A DNA stretch of 63,765 nt, filler included, from Octopus bimaculoides (taxonomy: Eukaryota): NCBI RefSeq assembly GCF_001194135.2. It is 5 parts of 5 records of this genome, joined end to end, with 100 filler letters (N's around TTAATTAATTAA, not from the genome) between each part and the next. Parts side by side here need not be neighbours in the genome. Positions count along the whole stretch, not along the records: positions 1 to 22,123 come from NC_068981.1; positions 22,224 to 26,578 come from NC_068992.1; 3 more parts are not named here. One strand, 5' to 3'. Below, one piece after another: positions 12,996 through 25,262 of this stretch; position 1 is the first letter of the stretch, and each line of letters begins with the position of its first letter. The notes under the pieces are model-generated. The model ran no database searches, was not told the origin of the DNA, and worked only from the letters and a program-made list of their open reading frames with translations. Position numbers and translations under genes: made by a program.

Positions 12996-14371
12996 GTTTT
13001 TCTTTCAAAATATTGTTTCAAAACTGGTTGAGTTGTAAAAGACGTCATCCAATAAAATACTTTTATAGCCAGAAACTAATAGTAACTACAATGGACGACC
13101 TGTAATTCGTATTACTCTATGTTTATTTATATATTACCCTACACATTTGTATCGAGCGTTCTATAATTTTTTGATGCTGGTTTTCAAATCTGATAAGTAA
13201 TGTATGTATGTATGTATGTATGTATGTATGTATGGAAGTATGTATGTATGTATGTATGTATGCATGTAGGTATGCATGCATGTATGTATGTATGCATGTA
13301 TGTAGGTCTGTACATGCCTAAAAGCATATATTTATCTATGTCTATCCATATATGTGTGTGTATATTTATGTATACGCATGTATTTTTAGGGATTATAAAA
13401 ACAAAGAATATACATTTTATTTGAAAAACTAAAATGCTTTCCTTCCTATTATATATATATTCTTAAACTTCTTCAGTGCCCACTCATACAATTCTAGAAT
13501 TGTCGGAAATTAGTCGCAAAAACTAGTAAATACTTAAAGACTGCACTTTCGTTTTCTTTCATTTTTTAATCTTCTTATCTAGTACGTTCTTATTATTTTC
13601 CCGCTTCTCCTGTATATGGTGGCATTGTTTCTACAGGCTGACAACAGTAATATCTACCCACGCCTTCTCAACATATGATTTTTGAACACCTTTTTTGTTT
13701 TCATAAAAGCTTTTGTAATGTGAAATGTTGTATTCGAACATCTCAAAGGAACAAATGCAATTATTATCTTCAGAGAAGCAGACTGCATAGTTATAAACTT
13801 TAACACCACACTATACATTACGATATTCAGTGTAAACACTGACGCGACCAACAGATCAAAAAAAAAAATACATCCTCTACATTATAAACACTATCACCAG
13901 CCTACTCATGGTGTGTAGTCATAAACACTCAATTTGACAGATATAGCAACTAAATCTACCTCATATTATACGTCATGGTCTAAAAACCGAAGAGATAATT
14001 GCTTAATAGTCTTAGATAGACATACAGGAGAAATGGACAAGATCGTCATATGATCAGACAGTCTTAAGTCGTAAGTTGGCCCAGTCTTAGCTTGTCTGCT
14101 AACCAGTAATATCGTAGACACTTCAAACATACTATCTTATATAATATTCGTTACACAGGGCTGCGACCAAAAATATCGTTTTACATTTATTGAGTGAAAT
14201 TTATCAATTTTTACCTGCTGGTTTTATATATTATAAAGACATTCTCCTATCTAGTACAGTTTCTTCACAAAATCGATCACCACCTTACACCATTATGCCC
14301 GAATTTGACTATTGTCTTATTATTACTAATAATTGCCGTATTTAAATAGACTGTAACAGTATAACTAATAA

Positions 14372-14488
14372 GCATAATTTTCTCATCTCTATCCCAAATC
14401 ATTATATCAGGTCTGTTGTGCTTACATTCTATTGATGTTTTCACTGGGATATTCCACCAGTACTCCTTTTTATTACGAGTGACTATGG
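14372..14488 (-). mobile_element. RLE-clade LINE endonuclease fragment
   Basis: KEYWWNIPVKTSIECKHNRPDIMIWDRDEKI contains the NRPDI motif of RLE endonucleases. Confidence 0.7.
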
Positions 14489-15599
14489 CTTCGTATGTAT
14501 GTATGTATGTATGTATGTATGTATGTATGTATGTATGTATGTATGCATGCATGTATGTATGTATGTATAACTCTTCGAAACGCCAGTGTTATAATGGTGG
14601 CAGCTGATGAAGGAAATGTTCTGTATGTGGTCTGTGTGTTTATTGTACCTTGTTTATCATTTTGTCCATGTTTTTTTTGAAACGTCATGTAACCAGATAT
14701 GCATCTATATATACATGTAGATGAAGGTATGTACATACATGTACATATATATGCATACACTCATATATTATATGTATGCATGCATGTATGTATGTATGTA
14801 TGTGCGTGTGTATGTGTGTATGTATGTATACATGCATGTATGTATGTATGTATATGTGTATGTTGTGTGTGTATGTATGTATGTATGTATGTATGTATGA
14901 ATGTGTTCTATCATGAACACCAACACAACCACCATCAGCATATAGTATAAAGAAGCTAAGCAAATCCATTTCAAATAAAATACACATAATGTGATATTCT
15001 AGAATCTTTTAAAAGTTGAATGGAATGTCTTTGATCTTTGGCCTGTGAGGTGTGACTTGAGACTAAACGGCCATAACGATACAATTACTAAGAACAATAT
15101 GACCACCCCAACACCAACAATGCCCGCCCACCATCCCAACATCTAAACCAATGCAATCCACACCATTCTCATTGTCAACCTACCAAGTTTTGGATCCAGT
15201 TCGTTACAATATGAGAGCATGTACTCCAAAACAAGTATGTGCATGACTATGTGTGTCTGTGTAAGTATGAGTGTGTGTGTATATGTGAGCGTGTGTGTGT
15301 ATGAGTGTTTCTATATGAGTGTGTGTGTGTGTACTTATGCCTTAAGTTTGAAGTGGAAGGGGCGAATTGCCCCCAAAATCTTGTGACCCTTCAGCTAATA
15401 TAGTACTCTCTCTTCTTCACTCCTGTACCTTTTCATCTCATTTTCGCTATTACATCCATAAGTATATGACAATTTTCTGCTCCCACAAAACGAAATTTAC
15501 CTGGGCCAGTAGTTTGTTTTTTTTCTACATATTTGTTGTAGACAATAAATCGCCGCTGTTGTTGGATGATTTGCCTTCAGTCTTAGACGTCTGGTAAGG

Positions 15600-15720
15600 A
15601 TCTGCCAAGTACAACTGAAGGTTGTCGCGCGAAAAGGAAACGTACGGTGATTCCACTGGATATTGAACATTTAAAAAAAAACTTGATGAAGAAGCAAAAC
15701 TAAGTTTGCTAAAGCCTTAA
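15600..15720 (+). mobile_element. Possible pogo-family transposase N-terminal fragment
   Basis: AKRKRTVIPLD..KKLDEEAKLS resembles the pogo/CENP-B psq HTH start; short and frameshifted. Confidence 0.35.
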
Positions 15721-16174
15721 ATCTTGTGGGGAATAATACGTAACAACAAAGACAATTATGTTAAGGGCCCCGGAAGCTACACCGTTAAATGTCCGGACCT
15801 TATTTTGCCATAGATTTAATGTAATGCTTAAAAGGGACGGATTCTTTTTCAACGGCTGGAGTTGCAGATTTATTTCATAAAAATATAAATGTAAATTTTT
15901 TAAAATAAGATTTGCAACAAATATATTTCCAAACGATGAAAAAACAACAAAAACAAAACAAAAACAAGTGATTGAAAGCAAAATATCCTAAACAATGATG
16001 GAAGTTCGCACTCGCACTCGCACTCGTACATGTCACTCCGTGAGCACCATATCATTTGTGTGGTGTGAAAAATATTCCAATTGCATTTCCCAAACGATGC
16101 TGATATAAACTTTAAAATTCCCCGTGACATCCGTCCTCTACAAAAGTCATGTTTGCATTCTATCAACATTAACA

Positions 16175-16445
16175 CAAACCTGTTTCATTTCAACTGGCCC
16201 TGTTCTCTTTAACATCATACCAAGACACATAAGAGAAGGAAAAAAATCTCATAACATTCAAACAGTTCCTGGACGAATATCTCCCACAAATTCCAGATGA
16301 ACCACATACACTCAGATATATCTCAGGAAACAGTAACACTTTACTCGAATGGCTGTTGTTTCCAAACAATGACTGTAATAAGAAACAGCATTAAATGTCG
16401 TTTCCATATGGTGATGTTAGGTTAGGCATGGCCTGGGCCAATTCT
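16175..16445 (+). mobile_element. L2/CR1-superfamily LINE 3' end
   Basis: FISTGPVLFNIIPRHIRE / FKQFLDEYLPQIPDEPHTLRYISGNSNTLLEW matches the GPxLFNxLP...FKxxLDxYL..IPDEP C-terminal signature. Confidence 0.7.
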
Positions 16446-16860
16446 CAGTATTTAAGAATAGAATAAAAAAGTATAGAAAGAAAATTACACTGCTTACAGG
16501 AAGTATCGGCTGATGAATGGTAGAGGCAGACGACATTCAGTCCAATAACAAAACAACGTTGCAGATTGTTTCAAACAGAAATAAGAGAATAGTTTAATAC
16601 TTAATTTAAAAAAATTAAACACACACACACACTCACGCACACATTCACACACACACACACACACACGCACACACACGCACACACACGAGTGTATTTATAT
16701 CTATCTCTCAATCTGTATACATACATACATATGTGCGCACGCGTGCGTGTGTGTGTATGTGTGTATATTGAAGTATACGTGTATATGAAGGTGTATATAT
16801 GTATGTATACATATCTCCGTCTATCTATCTCTAGCATCTATGTATAACATTTATGTATAT

Positions 16861-16910
16861 CATCTGACGAGGTGGACGTGTCCTACGCGCCAACGAAACC
16901 TTAAGTAATG
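16861..16910 (+). ncRNA. Minimal hammerhead ribozyme motif with weak stem I
   Basis: cat-CTGACGA-ggtgg-a-cgtg(tcc)tacg-cg-ccaac-GAAA-C-cttaa-G-TA-atg. Core intact, CTTAAG palindrome in stem III, stem I only 3 bp. Confidence 0.55.
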
Positions 16911-18514
16911 TAGAGTTGAGTCAATTTCTTATTAAAAACTTGTAACTCTAAACAAATCTGTCCGGTGCTACTATGGTTTGGCTTTTCATTCGCACACACA
17001 CACACACGCACACACTCACGCCCACGCACACGCGCACACACACATACGCACACACGCACATACACACACATACGCACACGTACACGCACACACACGTTTA
17101 ACAAAATGAAAAGTGAAAATAAAACGGTTATAATATAGAGCTTGTGGATTTTCTCAACGGATGATATTAAATTTCTAGTAAAACGTTATACACAGATCTT
17201 GTTTCATCACATGACCAACGACGTAATGCCCCCCCCCCAACCTCACTCCTTACTAAACTGTCAAGTTAAGGTTATAATTCAGTCCCCAAACCACGATATA
17301 ACTTTTCTGTACGGAATGAAAATGGTTCTTCAAAGTAGAATATCTTGACACAAGGAAATCCGTACACAAGTTGAAACAATCAAAGAACAAAGATCTTCAC
17401 CAATTTATAAAGATTCCTTTATCCTGTCACGATTCTAATTAAGCAAAATTCATTTTAAGTAAGACAGATGATGCATGCGAAGTGATTAATAGTCGTATTT
17501 AGAGAGGAGGAAGAGAGAGTCATTTTTCTCGACAGTTGGTAAATCAGTCTGGTAAGATATAGGAAGAATTCCAAAACCATAGCTTCTATCTCACCCCACA
17601 GACAATTGGTTGGCATCACTAAATAACCAGAAATAATCAACTGAAACATCATTGTTTTCTAATTCAATAAAATTTCTAAATTCCTATTAAAAATATTTCA
17701 ATCTTATTCTTTGTTTAGTTTGTAAGTTTTCTCTCCCTTTCCGTGGCATCTTTACTCAAAGCTTTCTCCAGTCACATGTAAGGGATAATAATACAATTAT
17801 CAAATTTATTGTAATAAAATTATCAATTTATAATACAATTTTCAAAATACTGCAGTATGTTTATTGTTAAAATCATTATTATGTATTGTTATATTTCATG
17901 TTTCCTTCCGCCGAGGGTCGATAAAGTAAAGTATTTGTTTAGTTTCGGGTTTCATGATATCGACTAACACCTCCCCCACCCCCCAACATTCTTAGTTTTG
18001 TGCCTACATCAGAAACAATTATAATATAGATAACAAAATTTCAAAATATTATAATACAATTTTCAAGTATAATACAATCATCAGTTATGATAATCAATTC
18101 AATTGTCAAGTTATTGTAATACAATTATCAATTTTTCTGTCATAGAAATGTCAATTTATTGTAACATAATTATCAGTTTATTACAATATAATCGTCTATT
18201 TATTCTTGTCAACCATGTGGTTCCAGGCTTAAAAACTATAAGTCCTCGGCTCGGTTCGTTCGACTGAAATTCCTCAAGGCGGTGCCCCAGCATGGCCGCA
18301 GTCTAATGACTGAAGCAAGCAAAAATTAAAGATAAATAAAATTATCCAAATTGGTTTTTAATTGTGAAATTATTCTGTTGCTAATTGTTTGAAATTAATC
18401 GTTAATCCAATAAAACTTTATCGAAGATCCATATTTTCAGACGACAACATTGAGATTCGATCAGTTTCAACTTTGTCCGTCAGTTGGTGTTTTATTTTTA
18501 GAAGATTCTTTATT

Positions 18515-18715
18515 TTTTTACTTGTTTCAGTCATTTGACTGCGGCCATGCTGGAGCACCGTCTTAAAGAAATCGACCCCAGGACTTGTAAGCGTAGTACT
18601 TATTCTATCGGGACTCTTTTGCTGAACCGCTAAGTTACGGGGACATTAACAGCATCGGTTGTCAAGCGATGGCAGGGGGAAGGGAGGACAAACATAAACA
18701 CAGACACACAAATAT
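18515..18715 (-). mobile_element. SINE family B 3' half with the shared tail
   Basis: Reverse complement of the GGTGCTCCAGCATGGCCGCAGTCAAATGACTGAAACAAGT tail and of the body seen at 46900-47135. Confidence 0.8.
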
Positions 18716-18839
18716 ATACATACAATATTAGATATGTACATATATACATAAGGGTATTACATGAGTACCTATATCGCTAAGAATAGAAGTCAAANNNNNN
18801 NNNNNNNNNNNNNNNNNNNNNNNNNNNNNNNATATATAT

Positions 18840-19270
18840 ATATATATAAATAAAGGGATAGTATTATTAAAATACCATCACGAGTGGTAAGAGAATTATC
18901 AGCCGTACAGGAAAATTAATGAAATATATACATACAATATTAGATATGTACATATATACATAAGGGTATTACATGAGTACCTATATCGCTAAGAATAGAA
19001 GTCAAAAAATACTTCTGTATCACTGAATAGTCACAAATCTTATTACAGACACGATAGGAAAAAATATCAGTGAACAATAATAATGTGTTACCTCTAGTGG
19101 GTCAGAACAAGTAAATATTGGTCAACCTGGTACCGGTTTCGAAATTTAGCGCCAAATAGGTGCCCGATTTCTCATCAGCCAAAGTCTGCCAGCTAAATTA
19201 CTACTAACATTCTCCCCCATCATCCCTGCAAAAGTTCGTTTGAAGTGACCAAGCACTATAGGAACAAACG
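18840..19270 (-). mobile_element. Small non-coding hammerhead-bearing element (retrozyme- or PLE-derivative-like)
   Basis: Contains the HHR at 19124-19185; a partial second copy lies at 21526-21745; no ORF. Confidence 0.55.
19124..19185 (-). ncRNA. Minimal type I hammerhead ribozyme with an intact core
   Basis: Minus strand: actttgg-CTGATGA-Gaaat-cgg-gcacc(tattt)ggcgc-taa-atttC-GAAA-C-cg-G-TA-ccaggtt. Stem I tttgg/ccagg; palindromic stem III ACCGGT; GUA cleavage triplet, cut between 19131 and 19130. Confidence 0.8.
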
Positions 19271-19451
19271 AAATGTGTAAAATTATCTATATATATATAT
19301 ATGAAATTGAGAATGTATGTCTGTGTGTCTGTGTGTCTGTGTGTGTCTGTGTGTCTGTGTGTCTGTGTGAATCCCTAAAACTCCAGAACTACACAACCAA
19401 TTTCATTCAAATTTTACACATGCAGTTGTGTTTTAGTCAAAAAAAGCATGC

Positions 19452-20570
19452 CTAGAAAGTTCCGAGGATGAGCTACTACCTGGAAAGTTCCGAGGTTGGG
19501 ACATCCTGGAAAGTTCATGGGATATTCCGAGGAAATTTCCAGGTTTTCATGGAAAATTCCAATAATGTGGAAATTTGCGAGGATGGGTCTTCCTGGGAAA
19601 TTCCGTGGGTTTCCCGGAAACTTCCGAAGATTGGATTTCCTGGAAAGTTCCGTGGGTTTCCTGGAAAGTTTCGAGGATGATCTACTTCCTGGAAAGTTCC
19701 GGGGATGGGTCTTCCTGGAAATTCCGAGGATAAGCTACTTCCTGGAAACTTCCGAGGATGGGATTTACTGGAAAGTTCGGAAGATTTCCTGAAAGCTTCC
19801 GATGATGTGACTTCCTGGGCTGTTCCGAGGATTTCCTGAAAATTCCCGTGGGCTTCCTGGAAAGTTCCGAGATTGAGCTCCTGGAAAGTTCCGATGATTT
19901 CCTGGAAAGTTCCGGAGATGGGTTACCTCCTGGAAAGTTGGACTTCTTGGAAATTTCCTAGAATGGCACTTCCTAGAATGTTCCGAGGATGACACTTCCT
20001 GGAATGTTCCGAGGATGGTACTTTCTGGAAAATTTCGAAGATGAGCTACTTCCTGGATAGTTCCGAGGAGGGGGCGAATTACTTCATGGAAAGTTCCGAG
20101 GAGGGGAATTACATCCTGGAAAGTTCCGAGGAGGGCTACGAATTACTTCCTGGAGAGTTCCGAGGATGGGTTGCGAATTACTTCCTGGAAAGTTCCAAGG
20201 AAGGGGAGGAGGGGAGGAATTACTTCCTAGAAAGTTCCGAGGAGTGGAGTAATTACTTCCTGGAAAGTTCCAATTCGGCGTAATTTCTTCCAGGAAAGTT
20301 CCAAGGATGTGGAGGAGGGGAGGAATTACTTCGTGGAAAGTTCCGAGGAGGAGGAGGAATTACTTCCTATAGTTTCAGGGAAGGGAAGGAAGGGGTGGAA
20401 TTTCTTCCTGGAAAGTTTCAAGGATTGTGAGGAAGGGGAGGAGTTACTTCCTGGAATGTTCCAAGGAAGTGGAAGTGGAGGAATTACTTCCTGGAAAGTT
20501 TCGAGGATGGGGAGGAATTACTTCATGGAAAGTTCCGAGGAAGGGGAGGAATTACTTCCTGGAAAGTTCT
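19452..20570. repeat. Degenerate ~25-35 bp minisatellite with core ACTTCCTGGAAAGTTCCGAGGA
   Basis: Tens of tandem variants are directly visible inside the Helitron. Confidence 0.95.
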
Positions 20571-20581
20571 GAGAGGCGCCC

Positions 20582-20900
20582 ATCATGCTGCTGCGGAATT
20601 TGGATGCTCCAATTATGCACGTGCATGATAATCAATATTTATACTCCCGAGTTTTACAAGCAACCATCATGAATGGACCAGCCACTGGTCAAGATGTTCT
20701 TATAACTCCAATGTCCCTCCCTCCTTCCGATACTATCTACAAGTTTATGCGGCTTCAATTTCCTGTCAAACTCTCCTTTGCAATGGCAATAAATAAGGCA
20801 CAGGGTCAATCATGGCAAATGGTTGGTTTAAATCTCACAGAGCAAGCGTTCTCCCTCGGTCAACATTACGTTGGATGCTCCTGTGTTGGTAAGTCACAAG
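20582..20900 (+). pseudogene. Helitron Rep-Hel (Pif1-family helicase) C-terminal fragment
   Basis: IMLLRNLD...RLQFPVKLSFAMAINKAQGQS..VGLNL...FSLGQHYVGCS matches Pif1/Helitron motifs V-VI; truncated, with degenerate conserved residues. Confidence 0.9.
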
Positions 20901-21525
20901 TCTATACATTTGTGAATCAGAAGGGAAAACGAGAAACGTTGTCTACAAAGAAGCGCTCCACTGAAAAGACATTTCTTCACATCTTCCAAATCACCCCAGT
21001 CATCTGCCGCCTCAAAAGCTTCATACTTGCCGTGCCAGCCAACGTAAGTCAATGACACACAACTTCACTCATTTACTCTATCTCTCTTTCACACCCTCTT
21101 TCTCTCTCACATACACACACACGCACACATACACACATGCACGTCCATTTCATATGTCTTTCAATTTCTGCTCTCTGCAAATAAAACTTTTACAGATACA
21201 ACTGCTTACAAAAATTGGAATTAATGTATAATTTCTTTCTATGTTCATAATTAAATAAATGTTTTAATGATTATACAGACGTCCAATAGAATAGCTCTCA
21301 GAAACAGACTACGTACAAATTCTTTCTTCACAACTCCTGAAGCCATTTTCTGACACGGGGGGTGGGGGTGATGAAATATTCAAACAGCTAGAGGCTCCAG
21401 TCAAAACAGGGGACCCGAAATGGTAAATTTGAGAAATACTATTATAGATTATGCCTAACCGAAAACGATCACAGCCACAACACCCAAACAGACCGGGTGA
21501 AACCGGGCTTAGCTGCTAGTTTATA

Positions 21526-21745
21526 AATAAATATAGGGATGGTATTATGAAAATATCATCGCGAGTGGAAAGCGGATTATCAGCCGTACAGGCAAATTAA
21601 TAATATATACACATACAATATTAGATATGTACATGATATGTATCATGTCTGTAATATATTTGTGACTATTCGGTGGTACAGAAGTATTTTTTGATTTTTA
21701 TCTTTAGCGATATAGGTACTGATGTAGTACCCTTGTGTATATATC
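21526..21745. mobile_element. Second copy of the 18840 element with an internally inverted segment
   Basis: 21526-21634 is a direct match to 18845-18950; 21641-21745 is the reverse complement of 18951-19056. Confidence 0.8.
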
Positions 21746-21764
21746 TATATCTATAGATATATAT

Positions 21765-21915
21765 ACGACGGGCTTCTTTCAGTTTCCGTCTACCAAATCC
21801 ACTCACAAGGCTTTGGTCGGTCCCAGGCTATAGTAGAAGACACTTGCCCGAGGTTCCATGCAGTGGGAATGAACCCGGAACCTTGTGGTTGGGAAGCGAG
21901 CTTCTTACCACACAG
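21765..21915 (-). mobile_element. tRNA-headed SINE family B, 5' part
   Basis: Reverse complement of GTGTGGTAAGAAGC..GGTTCCGGGTTCA..GTGAGTGGATTTGGTAGACGGAAACTGAAAGAAGCCCGTCG. Confidence 0.85.
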
Positions 21916-22167
21916 TTTCACCTGTGCAGATTCGATTCAGGAACTTTTATATCTAAATCAAGGGCCCATAATTCCTTCTACTATAAGCACAATGACTGAT
22001 ATTTAGGAGAACAGGTAAGCCGATAGCGGTTATTTGATTGGTACTTTACCTTTCCGACTTTGAAAGGATAAAAGATAATGTGAACCTCGGCACAAAATGA
22101 ACTCAAACCCCTAAAGAGACGGANNNNNNNNNNNNNNNNNNNNNNNNNNNNNNNNNNNNNNNNNNNN

Positions 22168-22179
22168 TTAATTAATTAA
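22168..22179. other. Assembly linker TTAATTAATTAA inside a 100-bp gap (also at 26623-26634, 30572-30583 and 61574-61585)
   Basis: Identical 12-mer with stops in all six frames; at 22168 it is flanked by 44 N on each side. Confidence 0.95.
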
Positions 22180-25100
22180 NNNNNNNNNNNNNNNNNNNNN
22201 NNNNNNNNNNNNNNNNNNNNNNNTATATATATATATATATATATATATCATTAATTTAGTTCTAAGCATCTTAAGGCAGCCTATTTTTGTGCAAGGGGAT
22301 TATAATCTGCAAGCATCAACTATTGCTCAGTACCCTTCTCTCATAATCTATGTGTCCATATCAAAATAGTTCTGTTTGTGTTGACATTATATCCCTTTCT
22401 CAGGTAGATGTGGTGTAGGGCTTACCTACTGCTTTGCTTCGTATCCTATTTGCCCACTCCCTTTGATATGCATTTTGCATAATTTATTTTGACACTCCTT
22501 GCTTTTTAATCCCTACCCAACTTCACCCTTATTATTTCTGATTTAATAACAACACTGTGACTTAAACTATTCTTTATCCTTTTGCTTATACTGCATCACT
22601 ATCTCCACCACCATCACTTCAAACTGCTTAAAAATCAGGATAATATATTAGTACCATGTATTCACATATTTCTTTAAGCTTCAAATACCTATATATTTAA
22701 TTTAATTTATAGCTATTACATACAAATATAACTGGTGGATGGTGGAATCAGTTGAGTGTCAGACAAAATACTTCTTGACATTTCTTTTGTACATTCTGAG
22801 TTCAAACTCTGACCGAGTTTACTCTGCCTTTCATTCTTCCGAGGTTGATGAAGTTAGCACCAGTTGATAAAATATATACTGGGGCCAATGTAATTCATCT
22901 GAATTCTAGAAAGCTGTACCTTAGTAAAATTACAGTTCAGTGCCTGAAACCAGTAAAAGGATAAATGATATATAAGGTTCTCTTACATTTCCCCCAAAGA
23001 TTTATATCTAACTTTACTTCAAACAAGCTAACCGTTATTGCAATAGTTAGAATAGGTAATCTGTTTCTTCTCTAACTTTGTAAGGCATTATGATTTCCAT
23101 TCTGAATGAACTGAGAAAAATGCCAATATTTTGGAGGAAAAAATACTCATATTTCACACACAGTATATGCATCATTATTATATTGCTGAAGACTGAGTAT
23201 GTGGATGATTTGCTTGTGCCACATATGACTGTTTCTTGAAAAAAATGTTAATTCCTTCCAGGCCTTTTTTTAAATTGTAATTAAGCCTTGCAGGTTAAAA
23301 TCAGTTGCAATGTTTATTATATAATATCAGCTTTGTGAGTGAGAGGTGCCAATCATCTCAACCAGCTAAAAACTCGTTAAAGGTTGTGTGCTCATGTACT
23401 TTTATACAGAGCTTATAATAGCATTGGTAATTGATGAATATATTAGAACTGATTAATTTGTATGACATAGCTCTCACCCTTTTTATACCCTCTTCTCAAT
23501 TCCTTAGAAAAAGAATAGGACCTAACTGTAGATTAACCTATAGATTTTTGCTAAGATAAATGAAATATTCATTATTTGAGAGTTAAGAAAAATAATGTAA
23601 AAAGACAAAACTTTTATTAAGAATAATTCTCATTCCTCCTCAAGAGTTGACCTGTCATAAATGGCAATGTTTGACATATATATTGAACACTGTTTATACT
23701 TCATCTTAGTAGGTGTTACTTTAAAAAGATCTATTATAATGCTATGTTCATAATTATTAGCATTTTACCGTGTGAACTGTTGTAACCTCTTACTGTTAGA
23801 ATATTTTCTATATGCTGTTATTGGAGAAAAATTAATAATAAAAGATATGCTTCATGGTGGTATTTAAATCTGGTAAACTCTCCCCTCCCTCAACCCTTTG
23901 TAGCTCTATGCCACGCTCTCACCTGTTATCCTTGGACTACACTGCACATTTCATCTTTCGCGTGATTATTGAATCCTCCCCTTACCTGTGCTTCTACCTA
24001 ACCAAGGATTATTTCCTTTAGATAACTCGCCTTGCTTAACCTCAGTTATTGTGCCTGCTTTTATGTCTCAAAACAAAATGCAATTTATTTTAGTCTGTCA
24101 AACACCTTCCTTTTTTTTTTTTTTTTTTTCGTTTCTACACACAACCATCTTTGTGCTTCCACAAGTGTTTGCTTAAAAATGCATCAACTTTTTGTTTCAA
24201 AGATTGGAAAAATGTGTACAAATGTTGACCATCAGTAAGCTATAAAATGATGAACCATTTAAGATTTGCTGTTCCTTATTTTTCTTTTTACTATTTCTCT
24301 TCTTTATTATTGGTTTTCTGAGATTGAATGATTTCAAAATGGCAGTACCTCGTACACTTTGCTTTGATACCAGTGTTGTTTGGGGTTTTTGGTTTTGTTT
24401 TTTGTTTTGTTTTATTTTGTCATAAAGGTGATAGAAATAGTCATATTTGATCATCTTTATCTTTGCAAAATAACTGATATTATTGATAATTCCTCTCTAA
24501 AATTTCAGGAATGACATTGAGTGTCATTGAGTGCTAAATTTACCATCTAGCTGTTGGCATCAACTCAAACCAACTTTGACACACGTGTTTGGCTCATTTA
24601 GAAACATTTCTCAGAGAAAAGAGTTTAAAATGGTCAGATTACTTTTTTATAGTCAAAAATAGTTTCCCTTTTATAACAGTTTTTTTAAACCCCCTTTTGT
24701 TACTCCCTTTGTTTGTTTGTTTTTTACCTTCCTCATTGATATTTCATCTTCCCTAACAAAGTGAAAGAATGAAATTTCATTGATCTACTTTACTAAAGAG
24801 TTCAGTTTTTATTCACTCTAACACTATCATTTCCTCGCTGTCATATGTCCAGCTGCTAGTTCGGTTATTCCTTGTGCAATAAACTGCATTCGCTTTACTT
24901 TTATTTAATTAGAATCCTCTGTCATTTTGATGTTTGCTGTTTTTTGTTCCCCCTCCTCTTCCTTCATTGTTAATCCTTTTCTAATGGTCTGTGTGCTTTT
25001 GGTTACAATCTTGCTGTCATTTTGATTAGAAATTTTCATTTTCAATTAACACTTTTGTTGGCTTTCATATATTGGCAGACAGACATAAGGTTCATTCATG

Positions 25101-25208
25101 TGTGATTAGTTTAGTTTATTTTATTCAGCTGCATGATATATATATATATGTATATATATATATGTATATATATATANNNNNNNNNNCATATATATATATA
25201 TATGTATG

Positions 25209-25262
<54 letters not shown>

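Larger units (their letters stand above)
19286..21519 (+). mobile_element. Non-autonomous Helitron with both termini
   Basis: A19285|TC start; sub-terminal CCGG-GTGAAA-CCGG hairpin at 21493-21506; CTAG end at 21516-21519 followed by T21520 (A|T target); internal Pif1 fragment. Confidence 0.88.

Noticed and set aside
14575-14615. GAAAC followed by CTGATGA as a possible type II hammerhead
   Set aside because: Stems I and III cannot form properly and the base of stem II mismatches.
19452-20570. CRISPR-like array
   Set aside because: Degenerate units without unique spacers, inside a eukaryotic Helitron; it is a minisatellite.
23986-24066. 81-nt frame-preserving minus-strand exon (IKAGTITEVKQGELSKGNNPWLGRST)
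   Set aside because: Rare GAG acceptor, no homology recognised and no compatible neighbours identified; kept only as something to check with RNA-seq.
24246-24320. ATGATGA...CTGA as a C/D snoRNA (similar pattern at 25457-25541)
   Set aside because: No terminal stem and no recognisable rRNA or snRNA antisense element; low-complexity interior.
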